Assembly: GCF_964204645.1 (NCBI RefSeq)
Contig: NC_134029.1
Location: 248,001-312,000 of the forward strand
Length of the DNA: 64,000 nucleotides
Direction of reading: 5' to 3'
Source of the DNA: Tubulanus polymorphus
Taxonomy: Eukaryota; Animalia; Nemertea
Shown: positions 38,586 through 49,360 of the stretch, piece by piece
How positions within the stretch are numbered: position 1 is the stretch's first letter
Layout of the letters: each line of letters starts with the position of its first letter
The notes under the pieces: model-generated
Told to the model about the DNA's origin: nothing
What the model saw: only the letters and a program-made list of their open reading frames with translations
Databases searched by the model: none
Translations under genes and position numbers: made by a program

Positions 38586-40480
38586 TTAAAGTCCGATAGT
38601 GTAAGACCTTCCTTTAGGGTTATGTATAGGCATCGGCCTCGGTTCACTAATACACCATTCGTACCAGACGTTCTTATTATCGGTTAATCTCCAGAAATGA
38701 ATCTTCAACGTTTCTCCAGATTTCATGTAAACCGGTTCGCGTATCGGGAACAGTATCGGAAACCAGCTGAACATACCGGGTGAATGAGTATCCGGATTGA
38801 TACTTAACATTACGTCTTTATATAGATACGTATCGAAGTATCCGGCGATACCGTGGACGATACAGTTTTGATCGACGGTGAATGTATTCTGATTATAGCG
38901 AGTATTATCGATAGGTATCGACCGATTCGGATGAGTAAATGTAAACACGGACTGAGGTTTACCCAATAAACTACAGTTATGTAACCTAACGACGAACGGA
39001 GTTTCAAACGGAGTCTCCGCCGGTTTATCTTTCTCTTTACACAATCGAACCTCGTTAAAAAGTCGCGACGATTGAATAGGAGCGAGATACGACGTGTATT
39101 TATACGGGATACTAATCCCGTCCGGTTTGAGGAATTTCTGAGCTCCGTCGAGACATTCCGGGGATAGTTCGTTATCCCCGAACGATCCCAGTAATTCGCT
39201 TACGATTATATCCGCTTTTTCCGGGGCGTCCCATATTCTCATATCGGACGAGACAACTGTCACCTGATCACCCCATTCTTCTAGTTTTCGATTCTCCAAG
39301 GTAACGATCGCGTTTGGATTTTTCTCGACGGCGAAGATTCGTATTTTGCGATGAGCCTTAGCGGCGGCGATGATGGAGGCTTGAACGAGCGGACCTCGAC
39401 CGGCTCCGACTACCATCACTACCTGTACGTTAAACTCCTTCTCTTCATACGGTACTCGATCTAACAACGCGAAATAAACAGCTTTCTGATATTGAGAATA
39501 TTTTATCGGATCTTTCTCGAAAACTTCGTAAGTTTGAGATTCGAGATTGTCCATTAACGGTTGCAGCGGACTTTGTAAATAATCCTCGAAACCCTTAGCG
39601 AACAGCGCCACCTGGTCTAACTGAGGTTTCGTCTGCCAGATGGCCAGATGTGTTCGAGATATTGACCGTAAACTTTCATTCCTTTACCGGGAAATTGCGT
39701 CGTCCCGGAAACGATCATCTGAATATTGAGTTTAAATAACCAGCGCAACAATGACTGATGACACCTCGGTAACACGGGGTAACCCTTTTTATTAGCGAGG
39801 AATAAACGTGTCGGTATAAATACAGCTTTAACCGGTTCACCCGCCCATCTTTCTATCTCTTTCTCCGACGGTAAATCTTCCTGTAATTCCAACGCGATTC
39901 CCACTTTCTTGTTTGTGTCGCAAAATGTACGAAAACGATTCCACCATTCCCACGTGTCGGTCTCGGTGGCGCCGTCTATATCACCGTCGAATACTGGATC
40001 TAATTGAGTACTAGCCGGTTTAATCGGTATTTTAATCCAGTATTGTTGATTGGGACCCTTGATCAGATGTTCCGATAGACATCGAGCTAAACCGATACAA
40101 TCATAGCTCCTCAGATTAATCAATACAGCTGGTAATGACAGGTGCCCCGCGAATAGGAATTCCTGTTTTAAAGCTTTCTCAGAGTTTTTACGATGAATCT
40201 CGTTTTTACTGTCGAGATCGATCCAAGGTGAAATCTTACCGACGACTAACGAACTCCAGTCCTGACTAGTGATCACTAGATCAGACCTGGTTAAAGGTTC
40301 AGCTCGATTCACGGCCGGAGTCCCGCCGATTAATTCAGATTTGAATCGAGGATTCACGATCGGACAGGTTATAAACTCGTATCCTGATTTTCCGGCTTCA
40401 TCGAGAGCTTTAGTGATATCTGGTACGTCGAAGTAATCTAACCCGCTGGCGCACCGGTTAGAACTGCTCGCCTCAGTCAT
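38586..40480 (-). pseudogene. PRMT5: Protein arginine N-methyltransferase 5, intronless, frameshifted by an 8-bp duplication at 39635-39650 (broken allele, young pseudogene or assembly artefact)
   Basis: ORF 39617-40480 is the TIM barrel (TRSDLVITSQDWSSLVVGKISPWIDLDS). ORF 38586-39611 is the MTase ([31 protein letters not shown], double-E loop [28 protein letters not shown]). Removing one GCCAGATG gives a single 1887-nt (628-aa) ORF. Gene identity is secure; functional status is not. Confidence 0.85.
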
Positions 40481-40533
40481 TTTTCTCGAAGAAAATCAAC
40501 TTCTTTTCGATGATTTTTGCAGATTTCGAGAAC

Positions 40534-40541
40534 CCGGAAGT
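40534..40541. promoter_or_regulatory. ETS-type motif CCGGAAGT just upstream of the PRMT5 start
   Basis: Exact ETS/GABP consensus 54 bp from the ATG, typical of housekeeping promoters; a short motif that could be chance. Confidence 0.4.
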
Positions 40542-41023
40542 AAAAGTAAAATTCACATGGCTCACTCAAGAGAGGTATGCACCGGCACGCGAGTACCATA
40601 AGCAAAATCTTTTTCTATGATATCAAGACGATACAAAAAGTAACTACAAACAGTTCTCATTCAAAAACAGATATTGAGTTCTAAATTATAGAAATAAACA
40701 AATAAGTAAAGGAAATAAAGTATCGTCGATTCAGCTGAGGGTTAGTTGTAGTTTCGGTGCATTAGTAGGGCGCTTCCGGCGGCTCCTAGACTCAGTATTT
40801 TTCCTAGTAGATATTAGACCAATGTGATATAAATGTATTTGGAATTAAACTAAGTGTCAAAGATCGAAAACTTTTCTTGAAAATATAGAATCCGATTAAA
40901 CCATCCTCCTCATAGAAAACATTTGTTTCAGCTTCATAAAATCATGAAAAACCAACCAATCAAAATCTATGATACACATTTATTTTTTAATTTATCTATT
41001 TACAGTTGAATTCACATCGATTT

Positions 41024-43879
41024 TTAGAATCCGTATTTACTTTGAGCCGTTCTTTTATTCATTCTGTTCTGAGCCCATTGATTCTTCAATTCAATCTCTC
41101 TCTCCTTCGCCTACAAAACAAACAGAACAGGAAAACATTTCAAAAATTCATACTTTCCACACAGAATTAAGGATCATATTCCACCTCAGTTGGTTACATT
41201 TTAATAAGTTAATTTCCAATTGTTTTACCAAAGGGTCACATTTTAGCCAAGCACTGAATTCTAGTCTATAGAGCACCGGTTCCAGGTCTATGGGACCAAA
41301 TCTTGGTGTATGAGACTAAATCCCAGTGCAAGGGACCAAATCCAGATTTATGGGACCAAATTCTGGTGTATGGGACCGAATTCTGGTGTATGGGACTGGG
41401 TCATAGTCTATGGAACTGGGTCCTGGAGTATGGGACCGGGTCCCGGGGTACAGCACCAGGTCCTAGTCTATGGGACTGGGTCCTGGAGTATGGGACCGGG
41501 TCCCGGGGTACAGCACCAGGTCCTAGTCTATGGGACTGGGTCCTGGAGTATGGGACCGGGTCCCGGGGTACAGGACCAGGTTCTAGTCTATGGGACTGAT
41601 TCCTGTTATAAATGTACCTGGAAAGCTAGGTATGTGATTTGATGTTTTCTGCGATGCTGTCCACTCGGCATTCCTTTATTTCTCTGACTGTGAGATCTCA
41701 TATCGGTTTCTTCAGACAATGATTTCATCACCTCCACTCTACTCATCTGACTGTCTGCATGAACATCTATTATAGCTATATCTTCTTTACTGCTGAATTT
41801 CTTACCCGCAAATTTTATGAACTAAAAACAAATAGTTAATTGGAAGTTAAATCAATGAAGAATTAAAAAAAACGTCACACAAAAATTGACAACTCTCGAA
41901 AATAAAATACCTCTTCATCTTGTATGAAGCGATCTACATCTTCCAGAGAATGTTGCGGATCAGATTGTTGTTCATATCGATCATTTATTCCCTCGTTACT
42001 GTAACATCCCGTATCCACGGTAACAGCTGCAGTTGAAACGGAGGCAGCAGTTTGATTAACGTTCATGTTATTATAATCCGTATTTAAACTAGGTTTAGGG
42101 TTTGTCATGACGACAGTAGGCGGGGGTAAGTTTATCGCGCTCTGTTGCGGGTCAAATGACCGTTTGTCTAAAGAGAAGAAATCGATTGTCTCCTCGGTTT
42201 CCTCGTCGCTCTCATCAGCGACACCGGATTTTAGCGATATCAGATTGGATGATGTTTTAGCAGGATGTTTTTTCACAGGTTTCCGCACGGCTGCTGCTGC
42301 TGCTGCTGCTGGTGCTGCTGGTTTTTTCGTTAATGTGTGTGGAATTAAAGCACGTTTTGTCTCTTTGATTGTTGTGTGTTTTGGAGCAGGTAAAATAGCA
42401 GTCAATCCACAACCCTACAAAATATAACAATCATTTACAAATATACACCGCATGGACTCCTGTAGGAGCTGTAGGTCTACTCCTGTAGGAGCTGTAGGTC
42501 TACTCCTGTAGGAGCTGTAGACCAACTCCTGTAGGAGCTGTAAACCTACTCCTGTAGGAGCTGTAGGTCTACTCCTGTAGGAGCTGTAGGTCTACTCCTG
42601 TAGGAGCTGTAGGTCTACTCCTGTAGGAGCTGTAGGTCTACTCCTGTAGGAGCTGTAGGTCTACTCGATCCTGTAGGAGCTGTAGACCAACTCCTGTAGG
42701 AGCTGTAAACCTACTCCTGTAGGAGCTGTAGGTCTACTACTGTAGGAGCTGTAGGTCTACTCCTGTAGGAGCTGTAGGTCTACTCCTGTAGGAGCTGTAG
42801 GTCTACTCCTGTAGGAGCTGTAGACCTACTCCTGTAGGAGCTGTAAACCTACTCCTGTAGGAGCTGTAGGTCTACTCCTGTAGGAGCTGTAGACCTACTC
42901 CTGTAGGAGCTGTAGACCTACTCCTGTAGGAGCTGTAAACCTATTCCTGTAGGAGCTGTAGGTCTACTCCTGTAGGAGCTGTAGACCTACTCCTGTAGGA
43001 GCTGTAGACCTACTCCTGTAGGAGCTGTGCTCAGGAGCTGCTCATTTTCACCAATTTCAGCCTCAAATCTGCATAAGATTTTTTGTACCTTTGAACTCTT
43101 TTTCATTTTTTTCGAAGAAGGTTCATCATCATCAGAGTCATCAGAATCAAACTGTAAAATATCATCACAGACATAGATTGATCAGATCGCTGTAAGGATC
43201 CACCAGGTGTCAGTGCAGTCACCTCAGACAGATAAACCAGTAAACCAGTAAACTTACATTAGTCATTGTTATCGCAGCTATCTTCACCGGTTTACGCACG
43301 GCAGGTCCAGCTGGTCTGTTAGCTGGTCCGGCTGGTCTGTTAGCTGGTCCCACTGGTTTAGGTTTGGGTTTAGGTAAATTTTCCGCTGTGATTGCACCCG
43401 GAAGCTTTTTAAATTCATCTTCAACAATATCATCTTCATATCCTCCAATCAGATCAGCTGCTTTGTTACTAGTAGGATGATCAGGTAATTCTGAAATGAT
43501 AAAATAATTTATTGTCTCATAACAGGGCTGATCAAGTGAGGGGAGGGAGGACCGCGAGGGACCAGGGGGAGGGAGGACTGACCACTTTTTTGTTCACCCC
43601 AACCTCTACTATATATAGTCAGCCTTATTAGTCTAGTACCTACTCGGCTACTGTAGCCGTCGTTCCACAAACAACAGTTGTAGGGAACCGGTAACAACGA
43701 CTGCTATTCAGATAGCCCCGAGTATATGAAGTTAAATACTCACTGGTTGAAGAGCTAGCTGTGGCAGGTGAGGGTTTCAGCTTGATGACTGAAGTCGAAG
43801 ACGTAGATTCGTTTGTCTCCTCATTTTCACTCGTACTTTCCTCATCATCACTGCTCGCGTACGCCACCAGTGACGTCAT
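41024..43879 (-). CDS. PRCC: Proline-rich protein PRCC homologue, 6 exons, 408 aa
   Basis: Exons 43879-43744, 43490-43258, 43151-43089, 42414-41911, 41821-41618, 41110-41024, phase-compatible. N-terminal MTSLVAYASSDDE, KPVKIAA, GLTAILPAPK, and C-terminal HRRKHQITYLAFQAKEREIELKNQWAQNRMNKRTAQSKYGF. AATAAA at ~40979-40984 on the minus strand. Confidence 0.92.
41280..41600. repeat. 20-bp minisatellite with a 60-bp higher-order unit (tatgggactgggtcc...) in the last PRCC intron
   Basis: Visible tandem repeat; source of ORFs 41303-41599 and 41310-41642. Confidence 0.88.
42455..43041. repeat. 23-bp self-complementary minisatellite (ctactcctgtaggagctgtaggt), ~25 copies, in PRCC intron 3
   Basis: Visible tandem repeat containing CTCCT-GT-AGGAG. 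Confidence 0.95.
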
Positions 43880-44079
43880 GATTATCGATCCCTCTCCTCT
43901 AAACTTCACAGGATTAAAGATATATCACAATTTCTTGTCTCAAATACGAGAAATACAGCATAAATATTGTATGTGGAGCCGATGTAACCTGGATATTAAG
44001 ATATTTCCGGAGCCTTCCCTTATTCGCCATAACCGGTCGTACTACGTATCGAGTAAAACCGTGTCTGAAAAGATAAACT
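43880..44079. promoter_or_regulatory. Putative bidirectional promoter between PRCC and PPCDC
   Basis: Only 200 bp separate the divergent ATGs; contains an ETS-like ATTTCCGG. Confidence 0.65.
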
Positions 44080-45582
44080 ATGTCTGAAAAGATAAAATTG
44101 GATAAATATCGAGTATTGGTTTGTTGTACGGGTAGCGTAGCAGCGGTTAATATACCTGATATTGTGAATGAGTTATTGAAATTACCAGTTGAACAGGTAT
44201 AAACTGAAATAACCCTCAGTCACTGACTAACCCGCTGCCCGATAAGGCACCGCCCGCCGTCCGGGTCCCGGGGTCGGGTCATTCAATTCAGCCTGCCGGC
44301 TTTATTTCACAAGTTTTTATCAACTCGACTCCAGGTTTGATTTATATTCTCAGCCTCTGTCTTTTTAATCAGCAATCAATTTTTGTATAAATCAAATCAC
44401 TGGGTACCGAACGCTGACAGGGCACGCCAGACCTCACCGGCACAGGGCGGCCAGCATTATGGTTCGACTGCCTGGTGGGATACTCAGCATGCTGCGTCTA
44501 GTAAAATTTCTGATTTATTTTTCATAGATCGAGGTTAAAGTTGCACCGACTGAGAAATCGCTGAAATTCTTCGATCCAAATTCACTTCCAGTGAAGGTTG
44601 TATTTGATGAGGACGAATGGACCGCAAACTGGAGGGTGAGTCATCCCAGATTCAGTCCGCAATATTCCTTGAATTAGTGTTATTGAACCACAAGTTCTGA
44701 TTATTTGCAGGATAGAAGTATTTTGTACAAGGAGCCTGTTTTACATATAGAATTGAGAAAGTGGGCTGATATCATACTGATAGCACCTCTAAATGCGAAT
44801 ACATTAGCTAAAATAGCTAATGGTATCTCTGATAATTTACTAGTAAGTCTTTAAATAATCCTACTCCGAATTCTTGCAACTCGTTGCGCTCCAACACCAG
44901 GAAACCTCAGTGAATAGGAAAAAATTAGAAAAATCTCGGGGAATTTGATAAATTATAGAAATCTCAAGAAATTTGATAAATTGGAGAAATCTCAAGAAAT
45001 TTCATAAATCAGAGAAATCTCAGGGAATTTAATGAATTTTGGCGAAAAAATTAAATTGGAAAATTTGTTTTTGCTATTGACCATGTATTTATGTATTTCA
45101 TGAAAAATGAATGAACTGTAACAACCAAGAAATGTTTCCACTAATATCTGCGTAGCAGATCATTTACTGAGGGAATGGAGGAAAGTTGCCATCCTGGGCA
45201 GTATTCACTTCCTGTCTCAGACTTATGAGAAATGTTGTATTTCAGACTTGTGTGCTGCGTGTATATAAACCTGATAAACCTGTCTTATTCGCAACTGCTA
45301 TGAATGTTTCAATGTGGGATCATCCAATCACTAATCAACACATTGAAACTCTGAAACAATGGGGATATACTGAAATACCTTGTATCAAAAAGAAGCTAGC
45401 ATGTGGTGATATAGGTGAATACCGGCATTTTACCATTCTATCGCTCTACGCCAGAATTCTACATCAATAGTCATTGAATCGCTGAAATTTTATTACCAGG
45501 TTTTGGAGGATTGGCAGAAACCACGACCATTGTTACCAAGGTTTATCAAAGTTTACTGGAAATGAACGGCATTGAAATATAA
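44080..45582 (+). CDS. PPCDC: Phosphopantothenoylcysteine decarboxylase (HFCD flavoprotein), 5 exons, 202 aa
   Basis: Exons 44080-44196, 44528-44635, 44711-44842, 45246-45414, 45500-45582. Motifs [65 protein letters not shown]. Confidence 0.92.
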
Positions 45583-47541
45583 CCGCGTTTAACTAGCGCA
45601 TGGAAACACAACTCAGATAGGTAATTGAATTACTGTGTTATTGTCCGTAGCGATTAATGTATATTCAGCATGTTTTCTGAACTTTGTTAGATTATCGTTT
45701 TTATATACTGTCTTATTATTTAGATGATTTCATCATACCATATATGGTTATGATACATTTATCTCTCTGTGTGTAGGTTCAATTATGTTGTATTTGTTAT
45801 GTTACTCTGTGTTATGCAGTAATTATGTCATTATTTACTGATTCATACAATTACTACCTCTCATTGTTGTCTCTTTTTAATTGTCTACACGCATTGTTAG
45901 AATTTTTACATCGCATGAACAGCAAGGCTGAATGATGTGATGATACGTTTTGAAGACGTGTTTTTTAGATAAGAATAAATATGAAATCGAATGAGAGAAG
46001 ATTGATTGTTGTGATTTTTGTAATTCGTTTTGTTTTATTCCCTCCTCCTCCCACCCTTCCCCTATGAATGGTTCCCTCATCCCCTCCCCCTATGAATGGT
46101 TCTCTCATCCCCTCCCCCTATGAATGGTTCTCTCATCCCCCTCATGTTGATGCACTAGCTCCAGTCGATGTGTGCAGCAGATGCTTCACATTCAGCATGT
46201 ACACAGTGCTTATAAACTTTGTCTTGCTACCGGGAACCGTGGACTTCATATCCCATGATATATACATCACAGGCGGATCTAGAAAAATTGGAGGCTGGGT
46301 CCAGAAGAAAAGAAAAGGCATTTATTTCTCTAGACATTTTTTAGAACCCATAAATGAAACTCATATACCCCGGGACGACCCCGGATAAATTCTATGAACT
46401 AATGTGCGTGTGTGATGATCCCTGATATGAATGTTTTCTGTGTGATCTCACTGCGGAGGGTGTAGAAACCACAGCGAGATATTCCTGGAGATAAATCCAT
46501 TACTCATCAGAGAAAATGAATTACTGAGAATCTCGGCACCACCAGCACTACATCAACCAACCAACAACCCCCGTGTACAAACAAACTCCGATATTATAAA
46601 TACAATACAACTAGTGAAAAAACAACTCGTCCGAGTAGAGAGTGAGGGTAACCGCAGACAGTGTTCTAACCCCCGACAAGTTGTGGCTAATTCATCATCA
46701 GCTCGTTATAATTGAATTGTCTATCGGATACTGTGAGAGAGAGAGAGAGAGAAAATTCTTAGTTCTTAGTTTTTACTATCAGTAATAACAGACTTCTTCA
46801 ATCGACTCAAGAGCTAGGTCGTGCGTGGTGAGTATAACTAATCAAACTCATACTTTCACTTTATTGTGAATAGAAATTGATGTTGCTTTTCGTAAATTGA
46901 TACAAAAATTTTTATATAACATTTTATATTCCGGGTTTATATTACTAATATCGTTAATGAAAATCTGTATAAAGTTGTTGTATCACACATAGTGATGTGT
47001 GATACAACTGAATCCACTGATGTTGGACGTCGTTGTTTTACTCAGTTTATTCTCAGTTCACGACACCTCACCGTCACGTGGGCCGTCACGTGGGCTTTCA
47101 ACAAAACTGATGGGAAAAAATACTAATAATTGCGCAAATAAAAGAACTGATAACACGAATGGTTATCTGGTAATATTTGAATAACGAAATGATGTTTATT
47201 TCACAGGAATGTAACACAGCGGTATGCATGCAATTATCGACATAATCAAACTTTATTGTCAGTTTAACTTAACTTCTGCGAGATACAAATAATTGATGCG
47301 TTTATAGATGGAGGAAATATTACGAATTACAAAGTAAATATACACTTCGAAGGAACAGAGATTATATTGATCGTTTATTTCCATCTCAAATGGTTTTATA
47401 AATCATGTATATATCAATAGTTCACTGGTGTAATTTCAATGCTTTAATCTATGATATATTGTCCCCGTCTAGGAATTCAGGTGCGCGCTTATGTAACTTG
47501 ACCTTTTTCTATTTTAGGCGCACTAGTGGCTCCCCCTAGTG

Positions 47542-48516
47542 ATGAAGATGTTGGGGCTAGTTACGAGGAAAGCGAGTGTCCATAAACTAACCCTGGGTCT
47601 GATAGTTATAATCAGTCTATTCTTGGTTTATAAACAATACACATCGACACCAGAATTCAGTAAACGGGTCAGAAAAAGACTTCAACATCGTCATCAATAT
47701 CGCGGCTTCTCCCGCCGTCAAGAGGTGCTAGATTTACCCGCTAATCCGAATTATAGGATTAAATACAGCCTAGCTAATTTCGATAACGAACCTTCGGTGG
47801 ATTTGAAACGATTTCGTAAAGTTTTAAATGAGGATGAAACGGAAGCTTACGTCAGACTGGTCAAAACATTTCAGAAAGTCGTCACCGTCTTCAATCTCAC
47901 ATATTTCATATACGGAGGTTCTTTATTGGGTTCTTACAGACATCACGGGTTCATCCCGTGGGACGACGATTTCGATGTGATCATGGATTACAGAGCTCAA
48001 AGACAAATATACAGAGTTTTAAACAGCGTCGCTGATCACGAATTAGACATTACTCAAATGATAAGGTGGAAGTTTTACAATCGTCACGAAAGTAGGAATA
48101 TCCGTAAATATATCCCGTGGAGATATCCGTTTATTGATATCAGTTTCTTTAATCTATCGGATAATTACATACAAGATATCGATCCGTCGTCGAGGAATTT
48201 TCGATTTCCTATTGAAATAGTATTTCCATTGAAACAAAGACCGTTTGAAGGCTTGTGGTTGCCCACGCCCAAACACAGTCAACAATTCCTCGCTATGACG
48301 TATAAAATGGATGTGTGCAGCTCGCCGGGTTACATACATAAAGCCGAGTTAGCTTATCACGATAATTCCATCTCACATTTACCGTGTGATAGGTTAACGG
48401 ATAAATATCCGTTTGTTATAAGGAGACCCGACGTTGTGACCAATGGTGATGACCGAACAGAAGAACAATTAACGTTAAAAGATAAAGTTTTAAGTACAGT
48501 TTTTATTCAGGATTGA
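47542..48516 (+). CDS. LicD/fukutin-related nucleotidyltransferase-fold protein, type II membrane, single coding exon
   Basis: N-terminal TM segment (LTLGLIVIISLFLVY) and LicD signature YFIYGGSLLGSYRHHGFIPWDDDFDV, plus WRYPFIDISF and PFEGLWLPTP. First ATG at 47542 follows an acceptor at 47517; possible upstream non-coding exon with a donor at 46828. Confidence 0.87.
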   Translation: MKMLGLVTRKASVHKLTLGLIVIISLFLVYKQYTSTPEFSKRVRKRLQHRHQYRGFSRRQEVLDLPANPNYRIKYSLANFDNEPSVDLKRFRKVLNEDETEAYVRLVKTFQKVVTVFNLTYFIYGGSLLGSYRHHGFIPWDDDFDVIMDYRAQRQIYRVLNSVADHELDITQMIRWKFYNRHESRNIRKYIPWRYPFIDISFFNLSDNYIQDIDPSSRNFRFPIEIVFPLKQRPFEGLWLPTPKHSQQFLAMTYKMDVCSSPGYIHKAELAYHDNSISHLPCDRLTDKYPFVIRRPDVVTNGDDRTEEQLTLKDKVLSTVFIQD

Positions 48517-48663
48517 ATCAGGTGTTTTATTATAAACACGCATGCTAATGCTTGTATTGTAACGTAGCCTATTTTTCTACATCAAAAGAATAAAAGATAT
48601 ATGTATTAGGAAAGTTCTCTTGTTCGATAGGCACTTGTGATTCCTTGCAATTGTGAAATCTTC

Positions 48664-48809
48664 ACCGTCAAGTGCTGCCCCTATCCATACCGTTAACGGT
48701 AGATTAGTGAACTAACTTATTACTCGCATGCCAGAGTCGGAATATTAAGTGATTGAGTTAGTTCACATTTTCACCGCTTATTGAATATATAGGGGCAGCA
48801 CTTGACGGT
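48664..48809. mobile_element. 146-bp MITE-like element with perfect 21-bp TIRs (ACCGTCAAGTGCTGCCCCTAT)
   Basis: TIRs are exact reverse complements; inner inverted repeat gtgaactaact/agttagttcac. Confidence 0.8.
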
Positions 48810-49360
48810 ACAATCTGATAGTTGAGCGGCGGGGCTGCCGATCGAAAAGGTTAAAATTAATTCATTATTTTTATCAAGAATTATAAAAAAATACACGACG
48901 TTTCGAACTCTCACTATAGAGATCGTCGTGTGAGGAAATGCCGACCGGGCGGCAAATACGCGGGGAGTTGAGGAAATTTAAAATGAGTTCAGTGAACCAA
49001 AAAACTAGAACTCACTATAGGAAGATTTTCTGCCGAAAGCGCGCTTTGACACTCCTCCGACACAGATTGTTCAATATAGGTCGCTTTCTTAAGACTCGTT
49101 TCTTGATTGATAATGAAAGCACATTACAAGTACACAAGTAGTTCATGTATCAATTTTGGCTTTGTCTGAGCGGCGCACCGTGACACACGTACCAGCACAC
49201 AGCACAGCCAGCACTGCAGTTCATGCGAGCAGCGCGCGCTACAGTACTGTGACGCAGATTGTAGTGTTGAAACTAGCTGAACGGTTCGCACACACACATA
49301 GCACAACGCGGATTCAAGCCGCAGTAAAAACCTTTCTTTGTAGAAGAACAAACGGGTGGA

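Noticed and set aside
39633-39673. 41-nt GT-AG intron or programmed frameshift rescuing PRMT5
   Set aside because: Such an intron would restore frame but is far shorter than other introns here (~75 nt minimum), lacks a pyrimidine tract and would delete the conserved QYLE segment. There is no slippery heptamer, and the exact 8-bp duplication explains the break.
47542-48516. Recent bacterial horizontal transfer of licD
   Set aside because: It has a eukaryotic type II TM anchor, an upstream splice acceptor and a downstream AATAAA, and LicD-family genes are widespread in animals; nothing in the sequence alone indicates transfer.
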